The notes beneath the pieces were generated by a model. That model was given only the letters and a program-made list of their open reading frames with translations, made no database searches and was not told where the DNA came from. From assembly GCF_006345805.1 (NCBI RefSeq), contig NC_043000.1:46872001-46936000 (forward strand): a DNA stretch of 64,000 nt, in the 5' to 3' direction. Below, one piece after another: positions 11,418 to 24,740 of this stretch. The position numbers and the translations under genes are program-made. The DNA is from Octopus sinensis (taxonomy: Eukaryota). The first letter of the stretch is position 1. Each line of letters opens with the position of its first letter.

Positions 11418-11635
11418 AGGTGGCAAGCTGGCAGAGACATTAGCACACTGGGCGAAATGCTAAGCAGTATTTCGTCTGTCTTTACATTCTAAGGTTCAAA
11501 TTCCACTGAAATCGACTTTGCTTTTCATTCTTTCGGGGTCTATAGATTAAGTGCCAGTTGCATACTGGGTTTGATTTAATCGATTGGCCCCTTCCCCCAA
11601 AATTTTAGCTTTGTGCCTAGAGTAGAAAAGAATAT
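11418..11635 (+). mobile_element. SINE family B
   Basis: Family consensus GGCGAGCTGGCAGAA..GAAATGCTTAG..GTTCAAATTC..GACTTTGCCTTTCATCCTTTCGGGGTCGATAAATTAAGTACC; central part resembles the Meta/Nin-type conserved SINE domain (from memory). Copies at 16060-16262 (-), 16763-16980, 17000-17190, 21180-21382 (-), 24305-24540, 57190-57423 (-), 61810-62040 (-), plus older ones. Confidence 0.85.
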
Positions 11636-12213
11636 TTGTGACTGGATTCTCTTCCTTTCACCAATTCTTGCCTGATATCTTTTTAATACATTGCTCTTTG
11701 AAAGTCCTGAACAGCAGGATGTTGTGATTTTTCTTGATTTAAAAGAATTTTTTTAGTCCAGAGGGAAAGCAGAGGTGATAAAATCATTGACAAATTTAAT
11801 CTAATATGCAAGTAGATCATGGTTGAATTTGATCTTCAGAGTGCTGTATATCAGGACAAATAATTACAGGGAATGTAAACATACCATCATTGTTTTGCTG
11901 ATATAATGTCACTAGGTGATGTAGAATTTCAGCATTCATGAATATGTGAGTGCAGAGATAAGCGTATAAATGTATAAACACATACATGTATGTGTGTGAA
12001 TATGCGCATATATATATATATATATATCAGTGGTTGTAACAAATATTCAAATGAGCCCTTCAGAGACTGAAGTGAAGAAAATATTCTGTGCCAACAGAGG
12101 TTGTGCACAGGTCAGTCACTCCTAAGAGAAGTAGGTGAAAGTTTCCATAAAAGTGAGTGGATCTATTGTTGTAGCAGCTTGTGTGTGTGTGTGTGTGTGT
12201 GTGCATGTGCAGG

Positions 12214-12245
<32 letters not shown>

Positions 12246-12286
12246 GTATGTATGTATGTATATATATATACACATACACACATACA

Positions 12287-12494
12287 CATGGTGGGCCAAA
12301 AGACACGCATCAAAATATTTGACATTTTAGATATATTATGTTATCAATATTGTTTATTTGGATCATCATTTACAAGTACGTGTGTATTCATCATTATTTT
12401 ATTTAACTTTTTCAATTTTAGTAAAATTGATGTGTCTTTGACAAATTCCAGAGTGTCATGAACTTATTTTATGTGTGACTTTTGGCCAACCCTT
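12287..12494. mobile_element. Tc1/mariner-type MITE
   Basis: TIRs GGTGGGCCAAAAGACACGCA and TGTGTGACTTTTGGCCAACCC, ~208 bp, in a TA-rich microsatellite context. Confidence 0.7.
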
Positions 12495-12698
12495 TATACG
12501 TAATATGCATACATACATGCATGTGTGTGTGTGTGTGTGTGTGTGCACGCTTGTGTGTTTGTATGTATAAATGCACTCTCACACTCATATAGAAATTAGG
12601 TAATTATACATACACACATACATACATACATGCATACATACATACATAAATACATACATACATACACACATACATACATACATACGTACATACATACA

Positions 12699-12730
<32 letters not shown>

Positions 12731-12759
12731 CATACATACATACATATATATAGAGTCAG

Positions 12760-15225
12760 GTTTTCGCATGAAAAATCATTAGTACATTATTTACAAATTA
12801 GAAAAATGCACCAAGTTAGAATATCCCAATGTTATATTTATATACATGAATATTTATAGATTTGAGCATCATGTTACCAATATTGGAGCTACATTTGGAA
12901 TCAAAAATGCAAATTCTCTGCTTTTCTTTCAAACATTCACTTTTGGAGAGAAATTTTTGATGAAGTATAGCTCCATTGCTTCTTGGTATTGCAGGTTATC
13001 CCATGAACATTTCTAAAAGGAAAAGATCTTGTATTTTTCATCACTGCATATTTTCAGATACTTACTTAATGAAATCTTGCATAATTTCTCTTGTCGGAGA
13101 TGCTGCCTGTGGATTCTTACATGTTGGCAAAGGGAATTATTTGCTTCGCCAGTGTAATTTTTTTGCAGTTGGGACAGGTCATACAGTATATGAGATTCTG
13201 CAGCTTGCAGTTTATATCTGCCTTTATTTTGAATGAGAATCTGCTCTTGAATTCTATGTGGGAACCACTTTCTAAGTATTTAAAGTTGTTGTTATTGTAT
13301 GTTCCACATCAATCTCCACATTCTTTTACTAAGAATTCTAATTTATTCTCTGATGTGAATTCTGCTCTTGTGAGGTGTCTTTTCAAAACTTTTTATTTGG
13401 CATCTACTATTCTGTAAGGAATTTCTTTCATTCAGATTTTTCATTTTGGGGCTTTGTAGGAGTATAGCTAAGTTCAATTTTATGGTGTGAAAGATGTTGG
13501 TTAACCCAGGACTGTATGTGTGAACAAATGGAAGCGTGTGTTCATTAATTTTTTCCTTGGGCGTCTGTAGTTGGGTGATGCTCAGTTTCATCACCTTTTT
13601 AATTCCCTCATTAATTAGTCCTAAGGGGTATTTCTGCATTGTGAGAAAGTCTTTGAGCTTGTTGAGTCATATTTCACACATGTTGGGGTCAGTCACTGTA
13701 GCACAGATGTGTCTTGCCATGCTGTATGAGATGTTCCTTTTGATGTAGAAATTTAAATATTGGTGTGTGTCAGTGTTTTTGTAAAATATATGTTGTGACT
13801 GCATAGTTCTATATGCTTATGTGGATATCAAGCAATGATAATTCATTGCAACTAGATTTTGTTGGGAATTTGATTGATGGGTGAAGTGTGTTCAGTATTT
13901 TGTTAAATATACTTAGGTCCTCATTTTATCTGTCCCAAAAGATGAAGCAATCATTAAGGAAACTTTTCCACTTTTTAATGGATATATTTCTTGTACTCTT
14001 GATCAAAAGTTTTCTCTAATTCCTCATAAAGTTTTTCTTCCAAGTATCCCATGACTAAGGTTGCATATGAGGGTGCAAACCATGTCCCCATAGCCATTCC
14101 CTTTTTTTGTCAATATGTTTTATTATCAGATCTAAAGGTATTTTCTTCCAGCACAGGCTTGAGGCCTTGGTGATGAAGTTAGTCTTGAAGTATTCATTCA
14201 TCCATCCTGTATGCTTCTCTACCTAGTGATTGACTGCTTCTAGGACTAAAGCATGAGGTATATTGGTATAAAAGACTGGTGGCATCAAAACATGTAAGTA
14301 TAGTACCGTCTTGAACAGTGGGTAAGATGTGCTGGATGAAATCTATGTCATCCAATATATAACTGGGTATTAAAAGGCACAAAGGTTTTAGGAGTACATC
14401 TAAAACATGACTTAGTTTTTGTGTTGGTGCTTGAGGTCCAGCAACTATTGGTCTTAGTTTGAGGTCAGCAGGCCTTAGTATTTTTATGTATTGGTTCTTC
14501 TGCTTATTTATGGCACTTTGAATTTTGGAGCTCTGTGGATTTTGGGTAATCTGTAGAAATTGCTCCCTTTGATTACAGAGTTGAATTTATATTCTTTCTC
14601 CTTGTCTGTGAAGGAATCTTGGAATTCATTGATTAGTCATCTGATTTTATTCATTATTGTTTTTTCTAGGCGTCTTGGTTCTTCCTTGTATTAGGTTTGA
14701 TCTGTTAAAATTTCCAATATTTTATTTTCATAGTAGTCCTTGTCCATGATTACTATCACTCTTCCTTTATCGGCTTCTTTTAGGATGACTGAGTTGTCAT
14801 TCTTCCATGTTAGTAAGGCTTCCTCTTCTTCTTCACAAAGGTTTTGTTTGCATCTGTGGGTATTTAGGGGAAATTTTGAAATTGTGTCTAGATATGCCTC
14901 TAAATATTTATCATTTCCTTTGTAGAGGGGGAAATGGGATTCATTTCTGACTAGTGATTCATCATTTATATTCTTATTGCTTAAGAATTCTATGTTGAAG
15001 GCAGATGTTAAAATGTTCAATATCAGATTTCAGTTCAATGAGATTAGGGGTGGGTGTTGGGGTAAACTTGAAACCTTTTAATAGGAGGTTCATCTCATCC
15101 TTGTTGAGGTCTCTGTTTGACAAATCTATGATCTTTGGGTCTATATTTTTTGTGTGTTCATTAAAATTTTGTGTTGTGTCGGGTCTGACATGTGATTGTG
15201 GTATTTTCTCCCTAAAAAAAGGAAT
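12760..15225 (-). mobile_element. Decayed Penelope-like retroelement (RT + GIY-YIG)
   Basis: LKEADKGRVIVIMDK; PSYILDDIDF..ILTCFDATSL; GMAMGTWFAPSYATLVMGYLEE; KSFLNDCFIFW; LPFVHTYSP; NLIYCMTCPNC. Many stops and frameshifts. Confidence 0.9.
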
Positions 15226-15232
15226 CGCAAGA

Positions 15233-15272
<40 letters not shown>

Positions 15273-15622
15273 TCTCTTTTACTCTCTTTTAATTGTTTCA
15301 GTTATTTGACTGTGGCCATGCTGGAGCACTGCCTTTTAGTCGAGAAAATCAACCCCAGGACTAAGTTACGGGGATGTAAACACACCAGCAACAGTTGTCA
15401 AGCGATGTTGGGGGGACAAACACAGACACACAAACATATACACACACATGCATATATATATATATATATACATATATACGATGGGCTTCTTTCAGTTTGT
15501 GTCTACCAAATCCACTCACAAGGCTTTGGTCAGCCCGAGGCTATAGCAGAAGACACTTGCCCAAGATGCCACGCAGTGGGACTGAACCCAGAACCATATG
15601 GCTGGTAACCCGCTCCTTCGCC
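15273..15622 (-). mobile_element. SINE family A with internal deletions
   Basis: Same head, body and tail as 476-871. Confidence 0.88.
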
Positions 15623-15626
15623 TATA

Positions 15627-15679
<53 letters not shown>

Positions 15680-16404
15680 ATATATATACATACATACACT
15701 CACACACACATATATATAGATAGGTAGAAAGTGAGAGAGAGAAAGAGAGAAACAGGCAACAAAATGTTTTAACAAGCTTTATCATGTCAGGAGTTACACT
15801 GCTTAGCTATACTTAAGACCTGAAGCTATTTATGCTAGCCTTTAACTAAAACAAAATGGTGATTGGCACAGAATTCAGGTTTTGTTTGATCAGATAACTA
15901 CTAATAAAATGTAAGTTTTATTTTCCTTGCTTTTTGTTGTGTTTTTGCCTTTAACAATAGGATGCAATGTGCTCCCTTTACAGGTTATTATGTGCACCAA
16001 AGCTAAGTTATATCATGATGTATTATGTCATTTGCATATATGTGGCTTCTAATCAAATTGCATCAAGGCCCCAAAATTTTGGGTAGTGGGGGCCAGTTGA
16101 TTAGATTGGCCCCAGTATGCAACTGGTTCCTAATTTATCGACCCCGAAAGGATGAACGGTGAAGTCAGCTTTGGCAGAATTTGAACTCAGAACATAAAGA
16201 CAGATGAAATACCACTAGGCATTTTGCTCAGCATGCTAACGTTTCTGCCAGCTCACTGCCTTAAATTGCATCATTGTTACCATTCTTCTTGGCTTTATTT
16301 GTTAATGTGGTTATTTTTTAAATTCTTTTTTCTTTTCTATAATTCTATCATACTACAATGTACTTAAATAGCAAGTGACTTGATCTGAGATCTGCTGGAA
16401 GGAG

Positions 16405-16684
16405 AACAATTGTAGTGAGGAAGGTGTTTATAAGCCATTTAAGAAACACACAAAAACTGTTAGATTCTCTTCAGCATTTAAATTTAATCTGTCAAAATAT
16501 TTTCGTAGCTTTGAGACCCACGGCCTGTTCACTGACGAAATTCTGCAGCACGGAATTTTGTCAGTGAACAGGTCTCAAAGTGACAAAATTATTTTGGCAG
16601 ATTAAATTTAAATGTTGAAGTGAATCTAATGGTTTTCGTGTGTTTCTTAAATGGCTTATAAACACCTTCCACACTACAATTGTT
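16405..16684. repeat. Fold-back element, ~135-bp arms, with degenerate HHR-like motif
   Basis: AACAATTGTAGTG.GGAAGGTGTTTATAAGCCATTTAAGAAACAC.. mirrored by ..GTGTTTCTTAAATGGCTTATAAACACCTTCC.CACTACAATTGTT; very short loop near 16548. Confidence 0.9.
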
Positions 16685-17619
16685 ATCATACTGTGTTACC
16701 ATTGAATCACATGTTGCTATTACAGCATTTATCATCATCATCATCATCATCATTATTATTATAAAGGTGGTGTGCTGCAAAATCATTAGTATGCTGGGCA
16801 AAATGCCTAGTGGTATTTCGCCTGTTGCTACGTTCTGAGTTTAAATTCTGCCGAGGTCAACTTTGCCTTTCATCCTGTCTGGGTTGATAAATTAAGTACC
16901 AGTGAAACACTGGGGTTGATGTAATCAACTAGTCCCATCCCCACCAAATTTCAGGCTTTGTGCTTTTAGTAGAAACGATTATTATTGTTATTATTATTAT
17001 GAAGGCAGAAAGCTCCCAAAAACATTAACATGGTGGGCATAATACTTAACAGCATTTTACTGAGGTTAACTTTGCCTTTCATCCTTTCGGCATCAATGAA
17101 ATAAGTACCAGTTATGCACTGGAGTCAGCATAATCAATTAGCCCCGCTCCTACCAAAATTTCAGGCCTTGTGCCCATAATAGAAAGGATTATTGTTGTTG
17201 TTGCTGTTGTTAGTAGTAGTAGTAGTAGTAGTAGCAGCAGCTGCAGCAGTAGCAGCAGCAGTAGCAGCAGCAGTAGCAGCAGCAGTAGTAGTACTAACAA
17301 CTGCAGCAGTAGTAGCGTTTTTGTTGTTATTTTGGTTTACTTAATTATTTGCTTCATTTTAGCTGAAAGAAACCTTAGAGCTTCTTTTAAATGACAAACT
17401 GCAAAAAAGGAAAGAAAAATATCAAGCAAAAAGGAGAAAACTGACTGGATAATGTAAACTTATTCACCAGACAACTATGATAATTTCAAGCTCAAAAAAG
17501 CAATTGTTAAACATCAAATATTGTCGTCTGAATGTGAGAAATCAGCTTTTTTATAATTCCTTAGTCATTACGTTTCTAAATTACAAATGATTGTTGAATG
17601 GCAGAAAGGATAATTTATT

Positions 17620-18100
17620 TGCTGTGAGTCTTTAATGCAGTCACTTTCCCTGATAAAAACAGCAGCTAAGTATTACTTAAATCATACTCTTCTGCCTTAA
17701 TAAAGAGCAAGTACATGCAAGATAATATAGTTCTTATTAGATGATATCTTCAAAAAGAGAATTAAAGAAAGTATGGGCTTGGTTGGGAAGCTTTTGATTA
17801 TGCTTGCTTTATCAGAAATGAGTTGTGGTTTAAATAACTACAACCAGCAGTATTACAAATCAATATGGAAACCTTTTTGCTGCTCTTTGACATACTGGAA
17901 ATAGCAACTAAATATTTCTCAAATTATGGTCTATTATCTTTAAGAAAATTATACCTCCTATAATGCAGTCATAGATATACTATATCTGAGAAACAAAAAG
18001 AAAAAGAAAAACTGGGTTGGGTTTGTGTATGGTTAGACTGCATTTAATCATGATTGCTCACTCAGAGCTGACCTGAGGTCAGACAATAATTTCATCAACA
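17620..18100 (+). repeat. Two adjacent copies of an old dispersed repeat (family E)
   Basis: Loose consensus GCAGCTAA.TAT..CTCAAAT..TCTTAA..ATAAT..AGTC..GATA; similar sequence at 55385-56280 (interrupted by two SINEs) and 60680-60850. Confidence 0.45.
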
Positions 18101-18935
18101 ACATGAACAATGTTGACAACTAACATTATTTTGTATTCTCTCTTTATGTTCTGAGTTTAAAACAAGTTAGTGTAGACTTCAATTTGTCCTTCTAGCCATT
18201 GATTAAATAAATACCAGAGAAATACAAGGAGTAATTCAATCGACAATGTAAATTTGTTGCTTATGCCAATCTATAAAATTGTCATCCTAAAATGTTTGTT
18301 AATTGAATTACGAGACAAAATTTATGCTTAATTAGATAGAGATTCTTGACTAAAAGCAGAAAATTATGTTTCAGAGGAACACCTAAGAACTATTTACTCT
18401 TTACATACCCAGATATCAAGATTTTCAGTTGGTTGAGTAACTAAGATAAGGCCTACGCTTCATCTCCTATTACAGATATTGAGTTATGTTCATGACCAAG
18501 ACACTATGCTGTTACTGGTTCATTTCAGTCTAATTAGTTCTAAATAAGGTATAACAATGCCTCTAAAATTTGAAACCAGCTTTTAAAAGCCAGAACTTAA
18601 TTCATGGCATTAAGTAGATTGATAATAGACATACCAACCCTAAGATAGGATGACATGCAATCATCATCATCATCATCGTCGTTGTTGTTGTTGTCATTTA
18701 ATGTCCATTGTCCATGCTAGCATAGGTTGGACGGTTTGTCCAGGGCTGGTAAGCTGGAAGGCTGCACCAGACTTCAGTTTGATTTGGCATGGTTTTCTAT
18801 GGCTGGATGCCCTTCCTAATGCCAATCACTCTGGGTACCCTTTGCATGATACTGATATCTGTCATGACAGCGATTTTCCTTGGCTTGATATGCTTTCTTC
18901 TTATGCACAGCATAATGCCGAATGTCTTGATCATT

Positions 18936-19095
18936 GCTTCTGTGAGGCCCAATACTTCAAAAGGACTCCGCCACTTTGTCTCTGTGAAGTCCAGTGCTTG
19001 AAAGGAACTTGACCACTTTGCCTCTGTGAGGTCCAATGCTTGAAAGGAACTCAGCCACTTTGCTTCCATGAGATCCAACACTTGAAAGGAACTTA
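18936..19095. repeat. 42-bp minisatellite, ~4 copies, inside a family D element
   Basis: CCACTTTG at 18971, 19013 and 19055; unit CTCTGTGAGGTCCAATGCTTGAAAGGAACT..CCACTTTG. Confidence 0.9.
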
Positions 19096-19367
19096 TAATA
19101 TTCCCAAAGAACCTGGCATTCATTTCTAAATCCTAGGAATAGAGACAACCTAGAGCTCGGCTTTTAAACAGTGTGCTGCCAAGGGTATCTAGGTATGACA
19201 TATATTTTAAAATTTATGGGCTTTATAAAATCAAATCCTTACTAATGCTTGAAGTTTTAAAAGTCAAGTTATTATTTATTTTGTTATACACAAATATTAT
19301 AATAAAAGGTAAATAATGGTCTTCAACATTATTTTCTACCCTTTTAACATTAAACCATTATCATTTA

Positions 19368-20128
19368 TCTCTTACTTGTTTTAGTTGATCGACTGTGACC
19401 ATGCTGGGGCACCACCTTGAAGTTTTAGTTGAATGAATCGACCCAGTACTTATATTTTTTAAGCCAGGCACTTATTCTATGGGTCTCTTTTGCCAAACCA
19501 CCAAGTTATGGGAATCAAACACACCAACACCAGTTCTCAAGCAGTGGTGGGGACAAACACAGATACAAAGACACACACACATAGATGTTTATGCATACAT
19601 ACATATATATAAATATATATATGTATGTATTTACATACTTATATATATGTATTTATATATATATAATATATATATATATATATAATATATATATATATAT
19701 ATACATATATATATGTGGCTGTGTGGTAAGTAGCTTGCTAAACAACCACATGGTTCCGGGTTCAGTCCCACTGCGTGGCATCTTGGGCAAGTGTCTTCTG
19801 CTATAGCCCCAGGCCGACCAATGCCTTGTGAGTGGATTTGGTAGACGGAAACTGAAAGAAGCCTGTCATATATATGTACATATATATATGTATGTGTGTG
19901 TGTTTGTGTGTCTGTGTTTGTCTCCCTAGCATTGCTTGACAACCGATGCTGGTGTGTTTACGTCCCTGTCACTTAGCGGTTCGGCAAAAGAGACTGATAG
20001 AATAAGTACTGGGCTTACAAAGAATAAGTCCCGGGGTCGATTTGCTCGACTAAAGGCAGTGCTCCAGCATGGTCACAGTTAAATGACTGAAACAAGTAAA
20101 AGAGTAAAAAGAAAAAGAGTATATATAC

Positions 20129-20165
<37 letters not shown>

Positions 20166-20585
20166 CATACACACACACACACGTATATATACATAGTTAA
20201 TAAAAAAGTGAAGAAAAAAAGCAAGAAAAAACAACACAAGAACATAGTACATGTAAAGTATTAATAAGACGCTCAGAGAAGGAAGGAAAGCATGGTTGTT
20301 TTACATTTTGAGCAAAGCTCTTCTTTGGAAACAGGAGACATAGGAAAGACCAAAAGAAAAGAAAGACAGAGGAGGAAAATCACAAACAGTCCACGTGGAG
20401 TTACATATATATGTATATAATAGGGTTCTTTCAGTTTCTGTCTACCAAATCCACTCACAAGGCTTTGGTCAGCCCGAGGCTATAGTAGAAGGCACTTGTC
20501 AAATGTGCCACACTGTGGGACTGAACCTGGAACCAACCATGTGGTTGTGAAGCAAGCTTCTTACCACACAGTCACACCTGTGCCA
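19368..20585. mobile_element. SINE A cluster: minus-strand copy in two halves (19368-19600, 20420-20585) around a plus-strand copy (19714-20118) and a PLE-end fragment
   Basis: 3' half and 5' half of a minus-strand SINE A flank the inserts, which lie in its internal (TA)n tract. Confidence 0.8.
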
Positions 20586-21464
20586 TTGTCTATTTTATTT
20601 TACTTTGTATGTAAAATGTGCCATTAATTGTTTTTATTTTATCTCTTGTGTGGTACGATTCCTAAAGTCAGAAGTAGAAAATGGAAATACTTTTTCAGCA
20701 AATAGGGTAAAAGAAAGGAAAGAGGAGAAAGATGAAAATGTAATGTTGGAAAAGAATATGTGTACTAAGACCTAACACACTATTAGTTACATTGACTGCT
20801 TGTATTCAGTATAGATATAGGTATTTATACATAAGATAAGAGGGAACTAGAAGCAATTAGAAAGTATACATTAGATAGAGAAATTATATAAAGTGCTCTA
20901 AAGATGTATTTTACTTAAGTGGTTAATGAAAACAAATTGTGGATAAACAGTATATGAGAACAAGGAAAATAATCAAAGTTGGCACAATAATTTCGAATAG
21001 GACTAATAATTAAAACTCTTCTAAGTAAACAAACCATATGTATAACCTAAAACATTAACGATGAAAAGCTATATAAAAACCCTAAAAAATATTGTCTGAG
21101 ACTTAAATGCGATGATTATAAGGAGTCAATTAAAAGTATGACTATCACGAACATATTCAGAATAATGATCCTTTCTACAATAGGCACAAAGCCTGAAATT
21201 TTGTGGGAAGGGACTAGTCAATTACATCAACTCCAGTGTTTCATTGGTACTTAAACTTTTTGGCCCCAAAATGATGAAAGGTAAAGTCGACCTCAGTAGA
21301 ATTTGAACTCAGAACATAAAGACAAACTGCTGTGAAGCTTTTCATCCAGCATGCTAATGATTCTGCCAGCTCGCTGCCTTCATACTCAGAATAATTTTAA
21401 AATCTGTTACAATATGTGGTTGGGAGAAATAGTGATGAGCATCAATGGTTTGGTGCAAGTGTAG

Positions 21465-21975
21465 AGACTGAAAACCAAATTTGGAAGAATGTCTGCAAAA
21501 TTGAAACAATTTAGATTGTCCAGAAGCAGGATAAAGGATTCTCTCCCAAACATAATGCACACTTCATGAAATGGTGGTAAGACTCATATTTGTATGGATT
21601 TGTTGTCTCTAAGGTCAACCAATCAATTTTGAAAGGGGTTGTACCAACATCTTTCAGTTGCCATATATGTTTGGATAAACTCACTGAGGATCTAGTCTCT
21701 GGTTATTTAAAACATTCTCTGTACCAGTAGGATCCCATCGTGCTTCTGTGGTTCTGATATGTTTAATATATAGCACTATTAACCACCTAAACTTTAGCTC
21801 TATAGATTACTTTTTTTATTGAGAAATTGCTATTAAGTGGGTAGCTGCTAGATACTTTACATTGTATTTAGGGGTATTTTCCAGTTCCATTGCTTCCAAC
21901 TCATCTCACATTGTATTAGTAAGCAATGATATATTTGTGAACCTTTTCAGCTACAATAAAACACTATATTTGCCT
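21465..21975 (-). mobile_element. Second Penelope-like GIY-YIG remnant (Naiad/Chlamys-type)
   Basis: YPLNSN..KVIYRAKV; SLSKHIWQLKD..IDW..PYK..CALCLGE; SKLFQFCRHSSKF. Confidence 0.85.
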
Positions 21976-22167
21976 CTACTTTGATATTCAAGTACAATTT
22001 TTTTACCTTGTTTTTCCCTCATGTTCTCACATGTGCATGCATCTGTTTATATTTTGTGTATCCATATCTATATCTACATCTACCTCTGTCTACCTGTCTG
22101 TCTATGTATGTATGTATGTATGTATGTATGTATGCATGTATGTACGTATATATGTATGTATCTATCC

Positions 22168-22209
<42 letters not shown>

Positions 22210-22694
22210 ATAAATATATATGTATATATATATACACACACACATATATATACATATACATATAAATATGAATGTATATATATTTATTTATATGTGCAGG
22301 TGTGTATCTATTTGTGTGTGTATATGAATATATGTCTAAAACATTTGTATATGTGTCTGTATAGGTACAAAGGTAAGAAGGTGGTTAGGTAGATAGGTAG
22401 ATAGATTGCTAGATCAATAGATACATAGATAACCAGAAAGATAGATGTATGCGTATGTAAATTAAATTTTCTTAAATTACATTATTAGTGCATACTTGTG
22501 CTTATAGGTGTGTAAGCACCTGTGTATGAGTTAATGAGTGGAAATATGTGTATGAATGAGTTTGATTTATAAATGATATTGGAAATATCAAGCATTAACC
22601 TATTGCAGTCCATTAACTAAAATGCTTGAGGTAATTTAGGATTAATTAGCTCAGGAACAACAACATTAATTATTATTATCATTATTATTATTAC

Positions 22695-22748
<54 letters not shown>

Positions 22749-23694
22749 TCATTATTTTTGTTATTATTATTATTCTTATTTTCAATATTAGTATCATCAT
22801 TATTATTATTAGTATTATTATTATGGACTTCTCGAATTGCACATTTTAACTCTTAAATGATTTGTTTATGTGTGTATGCATCTGTGATTAGTATAAATTC
22901 TAACAAGTTTGTGTGTGTGTGTGTGTGTGTGTTTGTTTATTTGTTTATCTGTGTATGTGTGTACATAGATGTACATGTGATTGTGTGTGTGCATGCATGT
23001 GTGTGTTTGCATGTGAGTGTGTATGTGCTGCGTGCATGTGGGTGTGTGTATTTTTCAGCATTTTTGAGAAAGAACATTTGAAGAGAAAATATTGAATAAA
23101 ATCAGCCCATTATTTTATAGCAGTTTTGCCAATATTTATATCAGCATATTAACCTTGCTTCATCTGAAGCAAATGGATTTGCTTTCATTAATGCGAGATA
23201 TTGGAAGAAAATTTAGTTATACATTTCAACAGCTGGATGGATTTAATACATTTATATTGGATATCTGGAAACTATTTCCTTATTATAACTTATTACACAA
23301 ACCAAACATGTGATATATATTTTATCATTTCTATATATTTTTTCTTAAGTTATTTCTTTTGCTGAGATATTAGAAAATGAATTGCACTTACCTATAAATA
23401 GTTAATTATACATAAGGATCTCTGACACAAGGTCATAGATATTTCTAAGTAGGTTTGTTTAAATTTTTTGTGCTTGACAGAGATATATGTAGATATATAT
23501 TTATAGATAGCAAAAAATATATATGCATTACCAATAATGAATATTTCTTAACTATGCACAAGGTCACAAGTTTTGTACAAGAAAGAAGTTGATTTGATTA
23601 ACTTATATTTTATTGATCTCGGAAGGAAAGAAGGTAGAGCTGACCTGGGAATGATTAGGTGGCAACACAGAATGCAAAATAATAAAGCTGGGTA

Positions 23695-24097
23695 GAGGGT
23701 CGGATTAAGATCCATCGAGGCCCTAAGCACTTAAAAGATTTTGGTACCCCTATAAAAGATCATGTAATTCAAAATATAAACAATAACAAATTTTTATTTT
23801 TCAGAATGAAACAAAACAGTAAAAAGGAAAATGTTGTTTACTTTTGTATATTTCCACTTATATTCGAAAAGTTTCCTCCTACTTTTTTGAATTAGAACGT
23901 CAAAATCCTCAAAATTAATCTTAGGTAACACATCTGCATCTATACTTAGTAGAGATAAAGGCATTCTGAATATTATTTCAGCAGGTTTAAAGTGATTTCT
24001 TTTGTGTTGTAAACCATTTAACATTTCTGTGGTGCCCCCTACTTCCCTATAAGTCCTAATCATGTGCTTATTTTGTTTAGTGGTTAATCCAGCACTG
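23695..24097 (-). mobile_element. Internally deleted hAT transposon
   Basis: TIRs GAGGGTCGGATTAA and TTAATCCAGCACTG; 8-bp TSD GCTGGGTA / GCTAGATA; remnant LSLLSIDADVLPKINFEDF..KSRRKLF resembles the hAT C-terminal dimerisation region. Confidence 0.8.
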
Positions 24098-24549
24098 GCT
24101 AGATATCAGAAGATAATTTGTGTATGGGTTTAACTGATTTTGACAATTCTGTTCCAGTTATGGTGGAGATATAGTATGTTTGATCTTATTGCATGGCACC
24201 TTGGACAAGTTACTTTGTAAGTGGAAATTAGTAACTTGAGACTATGCAGAAATTTATTATTATACTACTAGCCTTATTATTATCATCCTTATTTTAGTTT
24301 GAGAAGGTGGCGAGCTGGCAGAAACTTTAGCATGCCGGGCGAAATGCTTAGTGGTATTTCGTCTGTCTTTACAAAATTCATCTATCTATATGTTCTGAGT
24401 TCAAATTCTGCCAAGGTCGACTTTGCACTTTGTCCTTTCTGGGTTGATAAATTAAGTACCAGTTGTGTACTGGGGTCGATCTAATTGACTGGCCCCTCCC
24501 CAACAATTTCAGGCCTTGTGACTAGAGTAGAAAAGATTATTTTAATTTA

Positions 24550-24740
24550 GATCATGTTCGGTCTTATTCCTGGCAGGGATTATGTGAGTAGCAAGTTACT
24601 ACCTGTGACCTTAGCTATCCACAAGTTTACAGTTGTTTTTCAAGTGCTTCGAACCTTCCTGATAGTCCTTGCTGTCCATAAGAGGTAAACTTTTTGTAGG
24701 ATCTCTACCGGGCATTCTATTTGGAGCTCAACTAGGTATT
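24550..24740 (-). mobile_element. R4/Dong-type LINE extreme 3' end next to (AAG)n
   Basis: ILQKVYLLWTARTIRKV* resembles LQK..LLGTA.ILR; followed by a short 3' UTR. Confidence 0.65.

Noticed and set aside
18936-19095. CRISPR-like regular repeats (also 3424-3640 and 10150-11160)
   Set aside because: Units are contiguous and homologous along their whole length, with no unique spacers or cas genes, in a eukaryotic context.
20080-20100. SINE A tail hairpin followed by GAAAC resembling half a hammerhead
   Set aside because: No CUGANGA-like box upstream; better explained as a LINE-recognition stem-loop.
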